From a virus (Duplodnaviria; Caudoviricetes): a DNA stretch of 38,784 bases. The notes under the pieces are model-generated. The model saw only the letters and a program-made list of their open reading frames with translations, was not told where the DNA came from and searched no databases. Position 1 is the first letter of the stretch. Each line of letters opens with the position of its first letter. Both the position numbers and the translations under genes were made by a program. Where the stretch lies: positions 1 to 38,784 of the IMG/VR virus record IMGVR_UViG_3300025288_001004; one strand, given 5' to 3'. Positions 6,228-14,748 of this stretch are shown here, in pieces.

Positions 6228-8576
6228 TTAGAGCAGACCCTTGTAGGTCTGTCCCCTCTTGGTGCCTCGCTTGTCCATAATCTGATTGAGCTTCTTGACG
6301 AGAAGGTTGGGGAGTTCTTCCATAGTGGCACTGTAGACGTGATCCGGGAAAACGTTGGCAACGTATTGGGTTCCTAGCCCCATGCCAACACCTACCACAA
6401 GGATTCCTGCTTCCTTGGCCTTGCGAATTTGGTAGGCCAGGACCGGGATGTGTCCAGAATCCGGCTGCCCATCCGTCACCACGAACAACACACGGTGTGT
6501 TTCAGGGCGGTTGGAGATTTGCTCTAGCGCAAACTGGACACCATCCGCCATGGGCGTGCCACCAGTAGCTTTAATGTTTGCAAAGCGCCAAGACACGACC
6601 TGAAAGCGTTCGTGGAAAGCCTTGAAAACATCAATGTGAATTGCGTGGTTACGGTGTGCCTTTGGTGACAAGGAGGGTTCTCCTGGAGCCCCCCCACCAT
6701 GTCGGAAGCCGATAGCCATTGTGGCACACCCTAGAGCGTCCAAAGGCTCTGTGAGGGCCATGAAGACCTTGGTGGCGTTGACAAGACGGTCACACATGGA
6801 TCCCGACTCATCCATGACAATGGCTGCTGCCATAGAGGTGTCAACCCCCTCTTCAATGTCAAAGTAGGCGCGTGTGGGCATCTTGCCCGCTTGAAGCGCG
6901 GTGTAGGAGTCTACCAGCATACGGCTAGAGATCGCACGACCCTTACGAAGACCATGCTCTTCAGAGGACTGCTCCATGGCCCGCACGATGTTGCGCAGAC
7001 GAGCGCGTAGGAAAGAGGTCTGGCCCTTGACGCTGGCCAGGAAAGTGCTCGCTCGTCCCTTGTCACTGCTCTTCCCGTTCTGGGTAGCTTGGACAAAGGC
7101 TACCGTGTCTCCAGAGCGGTTGTTTGGGCGGTAAGGCATTTCCCCAACCTGGCAGTCTGCATCCTCCTTGGCAGTGGCTTCAGTGAAGGCCTCATCAAAA
7201 GCGGAGGCAAAGTCTAGTGCCTTGGACTCACCATTTTCAAGCTGATCCTGAAGGGCCTGCACAAATCCAGACCAATTGGGGTCAGAAGCATTGCCCCCAC
7301 CCTCCTGAGGCCCGTTGTCCTGAGGAGCATTATCAGATGGATCCTTGCCCGTCTCACCACCCTCGGACTTCTGAGGAGTACCACCCTCCTTGGACTTCTT
7401 GGGCTTCTTGCCGGGGGGCATTTCACACCCCTCTTCAAGCTGAATTCCTTCCCCTTCCCCTTCCCCTTCCCCTTCCCCTTCCCCTTCCTCATCGGCAAGG
7501 GCAACTTCCTCTTCATATCCGCACTCAAGGCAGATCAGGAGAGCTTGCCCACCCTGAATAGGACGAAGGCGGAGGCTTCCAGCAGGAGCCCCACAGTTAG
7601 GACAGGTGTAGGTGTGTGGTTCATTACTCTTCTTTCCCATGTCCTGAGGAACCTTCTGGGACTCCTTGTGAATTGCCACCAGGATCTCCATCGCCAGACG
7701 GAGGCTCGCAGTATCATCCTCCCCGCTGAGGTTGATGGCCTCCTCAAGGTAGGGGCGAAGTGCTCCCTCAAAGACAAAGGAGTATGCCTCTGGGCTTAGC
7801 TCTTGATACATCTCCAAAGCTTGGTTGGTGCGGGGGGTGTTGTACCCCAGACCCACATCGCGGAAGATGCAGGACACCAGACTGTATAAGTCTGGGACTT
7901 TTGGGGCCGTGCTATTTTCCGGAGAAGAATCTTCCTTCTTTTCAGGAGCGGCCTCAGCCAATGTAGGAGCCGCTTCAGGCTTGAAGTGCGCAACCTCCTG
8001 ATCAAGGATAAAATGCTGAAGGTCGCACATCTTGGGCGCGGCACCGGGGAAATCCCTGCACCCCACTCGCTCAATGCGGATATCCTCCACCAAGTTGGAG
8101 AAGTTCAGGATGGCCTTAGCCATCCTTGTCCAAAGGAGTGGGTCCTCCACCCTATCCCACACCCCGTCAATGAGGGCTTCCATTTCCTCCACAGACACCA
8201 CAGTATTTCGACTGTATTTGGTGTGCCACGCCTCATGGTATGCGCCACCCATGAGGGCTAGTGCCAAGGGGAGGCTCATTTCGTTGGGGGTGCGCGCAAT
8301 GACGATGTAGGGATCATTGACCCGCAACTCATTGGCCTTTACCACCAATTCCACCATCTCTTCATGAGATGGCTTCCGCTTCTCTCGACTCAAGAAAGAG
8401 CAGAAGTGGACCACAAATATCCGAAGCGGCCAGTTGTCCCGGTTATAGAACTGGTCCCCAAAGGAAAACACTGGGCGTACTCCACTGCCTAGGATCGCAT
8501 CCACCGATGCCTGGTGGGTGCTCAGGAACTTCTGCCCTGAGAAGGTGGGGAGTGCATGTGTACTATGGCTCGTCAT
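6228..8576 (-). CDS. CobT-like vWA-domain protein with N-terminal HExxH motif, Zn ribbon and acidic linker
   Basis: YHEAWH...NLVEDIRIE; CPNC...CLEC; MIDAS DESGS, GGTP, VVTDG; start MTSHS after GGAG. Confidence 0.85.
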   Translation of the reverse strand: MTSHSTHALPTFSGQKFLSTHQASVDAILGSGVRPVFSFGDQFYNRDNWPLRIFVVHFCSFLSREKRKPSHEEMVELVVKANELRVNDPYIVIARTPNEMSLPLALALMGGAYHEAWHTKYSRNTVVSVEEMEALIDGVWDRVEDPLLWTRMAKAILNFSNLVEDIRIERVGCRDFPGAAPKMCDLQHFILDQEVAHFKPEAAPTLAEAAPEKKEDSSPENSTAPKVPDLYSLVSCIFRDVGLGYNTPRTNQALEMYQELSPEAYSFVFEGALRPYLEEAINLSGEDDTASLRLAMEILVAIHKESQKVPQDMGKKSNEPHTYTCPNCGAPAGSLRLRPIQGGQALLICLECGYEEEVALADEEGEGEGEGEGEGEGIQLEEGCEMPPGKKPKKSKEGGTPQKSEGGETGKDPSDNAPQDNGPQEGGGNASDPNWSGFVQALQDQLENGESKALDFASAFDEAFTEATAKEDADCQVGEMPYRPNNRSGDTVAFVQATQNGKSSDKGRASTFLASVKGQTSFLRARLRNIVRAMEQSSEEHGLRKGRAISSRMLVDSYTALQAGKMPTRAYFDIEEGVDTSMAAAIVMDESGSMCDRLVNATKVFMALTEPLDALGCATMAIGFRHGGGAPGEPSLSPKAHRNHAIHIDVFKAFHERFQVVSWRFANIKATGGTPMADGVQFALEQISNRPETHRVLFVVTDGQPDSGHIPVLAYQIRKAKEAGILVVGVGMGLGTQYVANVFPDHVYSATMEELPNLLVKKLNQIMDKRGTKRGQTYKGLL
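7447..7488. repeat. (CCTTCC)7 microsatellite encoding a Glu-Gly run in the vWA linker
   Basis: Seven perfect hexamers; protein DEEGEGEGEGEGEGEGIQ. Confidence 0.92.
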
Positions 8577-8636
8577 ATGTGAAACTCCGCTCAGAGCTAC
8601 AACGTATGGGCAAGGAGTCTTGAAACCCATACCTCG

Positions 8637-8665
8637 CCTATATGGGCGGGAGAGAGTGAGGTCAA
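8637..8665 (-). promoter_or_regulatory. sigma70-like promoter of the vWA/AAA operon
   Basis: TTGACC-17 nt-TATAGG about 60 nt upstream of the vWA start. Confidence 0.45.
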
Positions 8666-8666
8666 C

Positions 8667-9287
8667 ATGCCTGAGATCAAAACCGCCCGATTCAGCCCCA
8701 ATCGCTTAGACGAGATCGTAATTCAGGAGGCCAAGGACCAGCACCGTGAAGGTTGGTCTGAAGCGTTTGCCACCCCTCCGGTCTACCGTGCAGCCTCCAA
8801 CTTTGAAAAGGCTGTTGCTAATGGGCTATCCATCTGGCTCCAGAAGACCCCTGCACCGGATGGTGCCACGGCTGCAAACCTCATGCAGGAAGAGGGATCC
8901 TATCTGGTATACCAGGCTTTGGTTGGGGAAGTGTCCCCTATGAGGAAACATTGGGGACACGCCATCCCTAACATTGCCAAGGCCGTGATCTTCCTCCAGT
9001 ACGCTTCCAGTAAAGAATTCAAGGCCTTCAGCAAGGCTGTACAGTTAGCGGCTGAAGACACCACCTACTTGAGTTCAAAGGTCGCTCAATGGACTCCGGG
9101 AAGCCTTCGGGATGATAATGAGAGAGACACACCCATCCCATCCAACACATCCCCCAACTCAGGGATTGGTTCTGGAATTCCTTCAGGGGAGGAAGGACAC
9201 TCAGGGCAACCCCAAGAGAGTTTGCCCCACAGTGCCTCTGTAGAGAGTCTTTGGGGGAGGCTGGCTCAGTCCCTGCAGAAGCGGTAG
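8667..9287 (+). CDS. Hypothetical protein, 206 aa, with [K/R]-x-A motifs
   Basis: GAGG SD plus ATG; lone plus-strand gene between minus-strand operons; KTA at the N-terminus, RAAS and KVA internally. Confidence 0.75.
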   Translation: MPEIKTARFSPNRLDEIVIQEAKDQHREGWSEAFATPPVYRAASNFEKAVANGLSIWLQKTPAPDGATAANLMQEEGSYLVYQALVGEVSPMRKHWGHAIPNIAKAVIFLQYASSKEFKAFSKAVQLAAEDTTYLSSKVAQWTPGSLRDDNERDTPIPSNTSPNSGIGSGIPSGEEGHSGQPQESLPHSASVESLWGRLAQSLQKR

Positions 9288-10054
9288 ACCTTGGCTGGAC
9301 GGCCCCCTAGCTTACCTGGGACACGCAATTCTTGAAGTTCTTGAAGTTCTTCAAGAACCCCATCAGTCTGCATTCGCTTGAACCTTCTACGGAAGTTCGA
9401 CGCATCAAACCCCTTGCCCTGCACCACTTCATAAACCTCTCTCAGTTCAGAGAGAGTGAACTGAGCAGGGACCATGCTGAGCGCTAGGGGGGCATAATTC
9501 AGCTTGCCCCTGACTCGCTCCAAAGCCATAGCTAGGATTTGGTCATGGTCGAAGGCCAGATTGGGCACCTTGGTATCCACAGAGAGCCATTGAGCCTTTT
9601 CCGCATCCTCCCCAGCCCGAATGGAATCTAGAAGATCTGGAGAGACTAGGGCGAAGTATGCCACCCCAATGACTCGTGTTCGAGGATCTCGGTAAGCCCG
9701 ACCAAAGGTGTAGAGCTGCTCCAAATGGACGCGATGCTGCTTCAGCAGGGTTTGGTCAAGACCCGTCTCTTCCCCCAGCTCACGGACAGCAGCCTCTTCT
9801 AGATCTTCCCCCTGGTTTTCAAAGGCATCCCCCACATCCACGAAACCACCTGGTAGAGCCCAATGGCCCTTGAAAGGGTGTCCCTTCCGCTCAATGAGGA
9901 GAACCTTCAAATTGCCTTCTGCAATAGTGAAGATGACCAAGTCAACGGTCACCGAAGGGCGTGGATATTTGGTCTTGGAGTACTGCCCAAGAAACACCTG
10001 TTCGCTCACACCCTCAGACTCAAGGTATCCCATCTTGCCTGTAAGATCTGGCAT
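9266..10054 (-). CDS. nrtR: NrtR-family regulator (Nudix/ADP-ribose-binding domain plus winged HTH)
   Basis: YPRPSVTVD, WALPGGF, Nudix box GEDLEEAAVRELGEETGL, RDPRTRVI, LAFDH, FTLSEL, NFRRR, GRPAKVY; lies in an NAD cluster. Confidence 0.92.
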   Translation of the reverse strand: MPDLTGKMGYLESEGVSEQVFLGQYSKTKYPRPSVTVDLVIFTIAEGNLKVLLIERKGHPFKGHWALPGGFVDVGDAFENQGEDLEEAAVRELGEETGLDQTLLKQHRVHLEQLYTFGRAYRDPRTRVIGVAYFALVSPDLLDSIRAGEDAEKAQWLSVDTKVPNLAFDHDQILAMALERVRGKLNYAPLALSMVPAQFTLSELREVYEVVQGKGFDASNFRRRFKRMQTDGVLEELQELQELRVPGKLGGRPAKVYRFCRD

Positions 10055-10515
10055 TATTTCAACCCCATCGTGTGTAGGACATTTCCACGGGGGAAGATGA
10101 CCTTTCCATTTCGCTTGTACAGAACCATATCTCCACCAAGGACAGGATCTTCAACCACCTTCATTCCTGCAGAGCCCATCCGAACAGAGAATACCTCAAG
10201 CTTCTCCTCTTCTGTCATGGCAATACAGACCCCTGTATCCAGAACCGTGAAGTTCAGACCTGCAGGTGAGACATCCTTGCTGAATCTCACGTCATACTTT
10301 TGGAAGGTGTCGTTGAATCGAAACACCATCCTGTCATATTTGCCATTGTGCTCTCCCAGCACCATCAAGACTCCGGTTACGGCAGTGGTGCTCCCATTGT
10401 CAAACCGTGCGTCGACAACGCGGTAGGAATCCAACTCAGGGAGGTGTATTTGAGGTGTCTTGCCTTCTTGGGGGAAAAGGGTGGCCCAAGCCTTGCCCAT
10501 GAGATCTTGAATCAC
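10054..10515 (-). CDS. Hypothetical beta-rich protein, probably the C-terminal remnant of a longer gene
   Basis: Coding-like frame continues upstream of the GTG (RLFPGVVIQDLMG); preceded by an out-of-frame 9-codon mini-ORF with a strong SD; TAATG overlap with nrtR. Confidence 0.6.
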   Translation of the reverse strand: MIQDLMGKAWATLFPQEGKTPQIHLPELDSYRVVDARFDNGSTTAVTGVLMVLGEHNGKYDRMVFRFNDTFQKYDVRFSKDVSPAGLNFTVLDTGVCIAMTEEEKLEVFSVRMGSAGMKVVEDPVLGGDMVLYKRNGKVIFPRGNVLHTMGLK

Positions 10516-10551
10516 AACGCCTGGGAAGAGACGATAGGCATGGTGTGCTCC

Positions 10552-11367
10552 TTAGCTGAGGAAGTCGAGAGTGGTGGAGGTCTTGGCACCCATGGCCGTC
10601 AGGTCACGGATGAGGGCTTTGCCCAAGTCAGAGAACATCGTGGTGCCGGGAGGGTCACCCACGTCACTCATGGCATCGGTAAGGAGGACCAGCTTGGAGA
10701 CCGAGGCGGCATCAATGTTGGCTGCGAGGTCCCTGATGGTATTTGCTACGCAATGTGAGCGAGCCTCCCCAGCAATGAGGACAATGTCTGCCTTCTCCAG
10801 TACCTCAATGAGGGTCGTGTTGAGCTGAGTCGTGTGATCCGAAGGATCAGGGACCTCAGCCTGGAGGCCGGAGAAGTGTTCAGTCCAAGGGTTACTGCCC
10901 TTCGTGACAAAATCTACCAAGGCGAACTGGCTCTCCCATCGGGCAAGGGAATCGAACAGTTCTGGGTAGACGTTGTGGCCCCAAGAGCCAATGCGACAGT
11001 GGGGCGGCCAGATGCAGTGGGGGTAGCGACCACCAGACTCAAGAGCCTTGAGGTAATCCAAGGTGCGCTCACGGAAGGAAGGAATCGTTGTCGTCCACGT
11101 CCCACTCTCCACATCCGCCGCAGTGATGATGGTGAAGGGGTTGGGGTGATTCCCCGAAGAGTCCTTGAACCAGATGGGGTGGGCAATGTCCACCAGCCGG
11201 TGGCTGTCAAGGGTGACATGGATGTCAGCAATCTTGCTGCTAAGTCGGTCGACCATGGCCGCAAGTCGGCTCATGTCCTGGTCTGCACCAGGCACGAACA
11301 GTGTTCCGTTGGGAACGCAGAAGTCGTTCTGCGGATCAATAATGAGAAGGTGGATGCTTAGTGACAT
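10552..11367 (-). CDS. pncA: Nicotinamidase (isochorismatase/cysteine hydrolase family)
   Basis: LLIIDPQNDF, TLDSH, WPPHC, KGSNP..EHFS, GEARSHCV catalytic motifs; start MSLSIH downstream of its promoter. Confidence 0.9.
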   Translation of the reverse strand: MSLSIHLLIIDPQNDFCVPNGTLFVPGADQDMSRLAAMVDRLSSKIADIHVTLDSHRLVDIAHPIWFKDSSGNHPNPFTIITAADVESGTWTTTIPSFRERTLDYLKALESGGRYPHCIWPPHCRIGSWGHNVYPELFDSLARWESQFALVDFVTKGSNPWTEHFSGLQAEVPDPSDHTTQLNTTLIEVLEKADIVLIAGEARSHCVANTIRDLAANIDAASVSKLVLLTDAMSDVGDPPGTTMFSDLGKALIRDLTAMGAKTSTTLDFLS

Positions 11368-11408
11368 TGGATACACTCTGATTTGAAATCCATCTTGGAT
11401 TTTCGTGG

Positions 11409-11439
11409 TTAAGGTAGCCTTGACCATAACCTAAGTCAA
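11409..11439 (-). promoter_or_regulatory. sigma70-like promoter with overlapping candidate NrtR operator
   Basis: TTGACT-17 nt-TACCTT; 21-bp imperfect palindrome TTATGGTCAAGGCTACCTTAA with GT-N7-AC core over the -10 box. Confidence 0.65.
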
Positions 11440-11497
11440 CACAATTCGATGTTTTTTTCTTCTAGGTGGCCCAGAGGTGTGATGCACCTCTCGAGCA

Positions 11498-12106
11498 TCA
11501 CTTGGCAAGGGAAAACACCTTCTGAAGCAGGACCCAAGCAGGGGTTCCTTGGTTTGGCAAAATGGTTTTGGTGGTTTTGGTGGGTTCCTGCAGGGCAGTT
11601 CGCACCTTAACCAACGCGAGTCCCAGTAGATTCTCTCCCCACTCCACAATGTGGTACAGGGCCTTATCTGCGGCAAAGCCAACACCCCAAATGGAATCCA
11701 TTGGGTTGGCTTCCACAAGGATAAGGTACTCTGTTTCCAAGAGGGCTTGGCGGAACGCCTCATCCTCTTGACTGCGGGCATAGTTGCCGAAGACTACAAG
11801 GTCAAACTTGACTTGATCCCAAAGGGACTGGTCGAAACCTTGTACCTGACGGCCAAGATTCTTCTGTCTCCGTCGGCTAGTCGTAGCCATGATCGCGGCA
11901 CGAGTTTCCTCATCCCCAAAGAGTCTGGCCTTAGATGCCATCATCCATTGTTCACAGGAGTTGAAAGTCTCCCCCTGAATCCTAAACTGGGTGGCGGACC
12001 ATTGGGAGAAGATGCCCTTCCAGAAGAAGACATAATGGTTGGTGATCGTTTCACTGGTTACAAACTGCATTGTGCAGTGTACCTTCTGAACGGCGGCCCG
12101 AGTCAT
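11498..12106 (-). CDS. NADAR (YbiA-like) family protein
   Basis: FSQW, EQWMMASKARLFGD, KNLGRQVQGFD, LVEANPMDSIWGVG, GENLLGLAL. Confidence 0.92.
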   Translation of the reverse strand: MTRAAVQKVHCTMQFVTSETITNHYVFFWKGIFSQWSATQFRIQGETFNSCEQWMMASKARLFGDEETRAAIMATTSRRRQKNLGRQVQGFDQSLWDQVKFDLVVFGNYARSQEDEAFRQALLETEYLILVEANPMDSIWGVGFAADKALYHIVEWGENLLGLALVKVRTALQEPTKTTKTILPNQGTPAWVLLQKVFSLAK

Positions 12107-13170
12107 GGAGACACCACGGGCAAATTGTTGGTGAGGATTCCTTCTGCTACTAGGGCTTCACGGCAACCCAAAGCTGGGATGTTGGGGTTCATCTTGTGGC
12201 GTGTGGATGCCTCGATCTTACGAGCCATCCTAAGAAGCCTTCCCACCAACTCATCCAGCAAGCCATGGAAAGGCTCTCCTGCCTTTCGTGCTGACTGTGC
12301 AGACGCTGCCAACACAAGCTGGGAATCCGAACTGAACAGTTCAGAACCAAAGAAAAGATCCCCCCCAAAGACCCAACCCCGGTCGAGGAAGCGGCTCACA
12401 CGCTCAATGAGTCCAACCTTGGTGTATTCACCCGTCTCCACGTCAATGTAGCTGTAGAACGTCTGACCGTAGTCTGAGGCTTTGAACCCAAAGTAAGAAT
12501 CAAACTCTGCTTCGTCATTGTGGACTTCACCCACACCCCAAAGATCTGGTGTGGGTGCTGCAGAGATGATGGACTTAGGGACTCCCAAAGCAAGAGCCAG
12601 CTGGTAGACCTCTCCCTTGGAGAGCATCGCAATGGGATTGGTATCCACCTCCCCATCCCCACCCTTCTGGTAGAAGCGAGTCCAGCGGTCTTCACACTCG
12701 TTGCCCGTGCCATGGCGGATGCCACCACCTGCCAGGCGATTGAAACCACGCCCGACAGGAGCACGGAGGGTGGAACGGATGGAGCCGAGGATTGTGGGAT
12801 CGGCATTTCGCCGAGCGTTGAGATCGTGGCTTGCCTTTGAAGGCTCTGGCTGAGCCAGCTCGAAAGCAGTAATCATCTTGCCCACCAAGTCCTGGTAGAT
12901 CGGAGTGAGGTCGATTGCAATCAGAGACACCCCGAACACCTTGCTGACCTCTTGGGCACGCTCCAAGGATTCGGGGCTGCTGTTGATCCCCTGATAGACT
13001 GCCGTGACATTCTGGGGACCCAGAGCCTTCGCAAGGAGGCCAAGGATCACAGCGGAGTCAACTCCACCAGAGACATCAATCTCTGCCTTCTGGGTGCCCA
13101 CGGAATTGTGGAAAACTTGGATAGCGGAGATACGGTCTGCAATCAGACCCTGAACATTGAGAACAGGCAT
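12103..13170 (-). CDS. nadE: NH3-dependent NAD+ synthetase
   Basis: PP-loop VSGGVDS, GTGNECE, FYQKGGDG..D.NPI, LSKGEVYQLA, PTPDLW; no glutaminase domain. Confidence 0.9.
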   Translation of the reverse strand: MPVLNVQGLIADRISAIQVFHNSVGTQKAEIDVSGGVDSAVILGLLAKALGPQNVTAVYQGINSSPESLERAQEVSKVFGVSLIAIDLTPIYQDLVGKMITAFELAQPEPSKASHDLNARRNADPTILGSIRSTLRAPVGRGFNRLAGGGIRHGTGNECEDRWTRFYQKGGDGEVDTNPIAMLSKGEVYQLALALGVPKSIISAAPTPDLWGVGEVHNDEAEFDSYFGFKASDYGQTFYSYIDVETGEYTKVGLIERVSRFLDRGWVFGGDLFFGSELFSSDSQLVLAASAQSARKAGEPFHGLLDELVGRLLRMARKIEASTRHKMNPNIPALGCREALVAEGILTNNLPVVSP

Positions 13171-13173
13171 GGT

Positions 13174-14655
13174 CTACTTCCTTCCAATTTGTGCGTTACG
13201 CACACTGTAGAGACGGTTGACGATTTCCTGCGTAGCAGGGCTGTAAGTAGGTCGAGTTTGGCGTGTGGCCCAATGCACGACTTCTGAGGCTGTCATGCGA
13301 AGACCGAAGGGGAGGTTTTCCCAGTCAGAAAGAATTGCCCCTTCCTTGTGGGGGATCTCCTCCCCTTCCTGAAGGACCACCCCCGTGGACAGGTCCGAAG
13401 AGTTGGCGCGGCCAAGGTAGGGCCGGAAAAGCACCGGCTTACCGGGGATGCTCTCCTTGCCTGCACCGGGCTCGTCACCAAACTTCATGGTGGGAGTGTT
13501 GTCACTCTGAGTGAGCTTCCACACGGCAGCCACACGGTCACGGGTGAGGACCTCCCACGGCGCGTTGACGATGTATCCGCCAAAGCCGTATGCCTGGTTC
13601 TCAGGAGCCACCTTGGTGAAAGCACGCAGAGCTTCAAACTCCTTCACCATTCCCAGGGTGAACCCATCTTCCAAGATGAAGCGCGGGGTGATGCCCATAC
13701 CCTTGGCCTTCATGCAGGCAATGAGGTACTGTGTGGCCTTGTCTCCGGAGTCAAAGCGGACACTGTCCTTGCGAGAAGGATCCTCTTGGATCAAGGCAAA
13801 CGCTTCGGGCAACCCACTGTGGATGGTGTCGAAGGTGTCGAGCAAGAAGCTACTGGACCCAGGGAAGCGGTTGCGCATTGCGCGAAAGGCTGTGGCATCA
13901 CTGCCATAGCGCTGGATGTGCTCATGGCCCATCGTGCCAACGGCCTTGAGCCCCAGATCCTGGGCAAGGGCCACATTGCTAGTGGCCAGAAGTCCCGCAT
14001 GTTGAGCAGCCTGCAGAGCAAGGTTGTGTTGCTCAAGCCCCGTGGCAGCTCGCATGCCCACTTCAAAGATTCGGGTAGCATCGCCTACCGCCGCGATCAG
14101 ATTGGTGACGGTCTGTACCACACTGTCTTGGTATTCGGCATACCGGACGTTGATCTCAGGACACTCAACACCAATGCTGGCAAGGGTCTCTTGAACGATC
14201 CGCTTTTGCTCCTCTGACGTGACAGAACCCACAATGTCCGCAAGATCTTCAGGGTGGATCTTGGCGATGGTTGCCACCTGGATGCGGTAGTGAAGCTGGA
14301 GCACAAGAGGCTCCAACCAAGAGACGATAGCTGAGGGTCCTGTGACAGTGAAGACAGGTTCCCGATCAAAGAACCAGGAGTTCTTGGGGAGGCTCTTGAT
14401 CACCAACTGATCCGTAGCCAACATGGCCTCTTGGAAGCCTCCGCCCATTGCATAGCCCTGACTCTTGAGATAGACGTAGTCTTCAGCCTTGGAAGCTGTG
14501 GGCAACAAGCTTCGAACCATCTCCTTCACATCAAACGGAAGAAAATGGGGGCCACCCTTACGGTGGGAATAATAGAAGGTCTCCTTGGCCAGTGGCCAAC
14601 CGGCTTCTGCCATGGAAAACTTGTACCCATCTGTGTCAAGCAATTGCGGTGCCAT
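13174..14655 (-). CDS. pncB: Nicotinate phosphoribosyltransferase (PncB-like)
   Basis: LLDTDGYKFSM, FEVGMR, ATSNV, GTMGHE (phospho-His motif), LLDTFD, VRFDSGD. Confidence 0.85.
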   Translation of the reverse strand: MAPQLLDTDGYKFSMAEAGWPLAKETFYYSHRKGGPHFLPFDVKEMVRSLLPTASKAEDYVYLKSQGYAMGGGFQEAMLATDQLVIKSLPKNSWFFDREPVFTVTGPSAIVSWLEPLVLQLHYRIQVATIAKIHPEDLADIVGSVTSEEQKRIVQETLASIGVECPEINVRYAEYQDSVVQTVTNLIAAVGDATRIFEVGMRAATGLEQHNLALQAAQHAGLLATSNVALAQDLGLKAVGTMGHEHIQRYGSDATAFRAMRNRFPGSSSFLLDTFDTIHSGLPEAFALIQEDPSRKDSVRFDSGDKATQYLIACMKAKGMGITPRFILEDGFTLGMVKEFEALRAFTKVAPENQAYGFGGYIVNAPWEVLTRDRVAAVWKLTQSDNTPTMKFGDEPGAGKESIPGKPVLFRPYLGRANSSDLSTGVVLQEGEEIPHKEGAILSDWENLPFGLRMTASEVVHWATRQTRPTYSPATQEIVNRLYSVRNAQIGRK

Positions 14656-14671
14656 TTGTCGTGCCCTTCGG

Positions 14672-14719
14672 TTGAAGTCTTGATGACCAATACCTAGCCT
14701 TTGGTATTGTGGGTGTCAA
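14672..14719 (-). promoter_or_regulatory. Promoter of the pncB-nadE-NADAR operon with candidate operator(s)
   Basis: TTGACA-17 nt-TAGGTA; GTC-N5-GAC (GT-N7-AC) at 14677-14687; inverted repeat CAATACC-N8-GGTATTG at 14688-14709. Confidence 0.55.
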
Positions 14720-14748
14720 CCGAGAAGACAAAATAAAAACAACGAGGA

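Noticed and set aside
10515-10554. Stop-codon read-through fusing pncA to the downstream ORF (same frame)
   Set aside because: PncA ends at a normal-looking C-terminus with TAA, immediately followed by a strong SD for another frame; the shared frame is likely coincidental
11368-11427. 20-aa N-terminal extension of pncA given in the ORF track
   Set aside because: It overlaps the predicted promoter and operator; family similarity begins at MSLSIHLLIID
11651-14217. Long plus-strand ORFs (266 aa, 289 aa) opposite the NAD genes, and similar antisense ORFs such as 20164-20904 and 30436-31200
   Set aside because: Antisense shadows of well-supported genes with biased codon usage; no motifs or SD
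13174-14655. Nicotinamide PRTase (NadV, NARP2-type) assignment
   Set aside because: The GTMGHE motif and co-occurrence with pncA and nadE fit a nicotinate PRTase better; not tested by profile search
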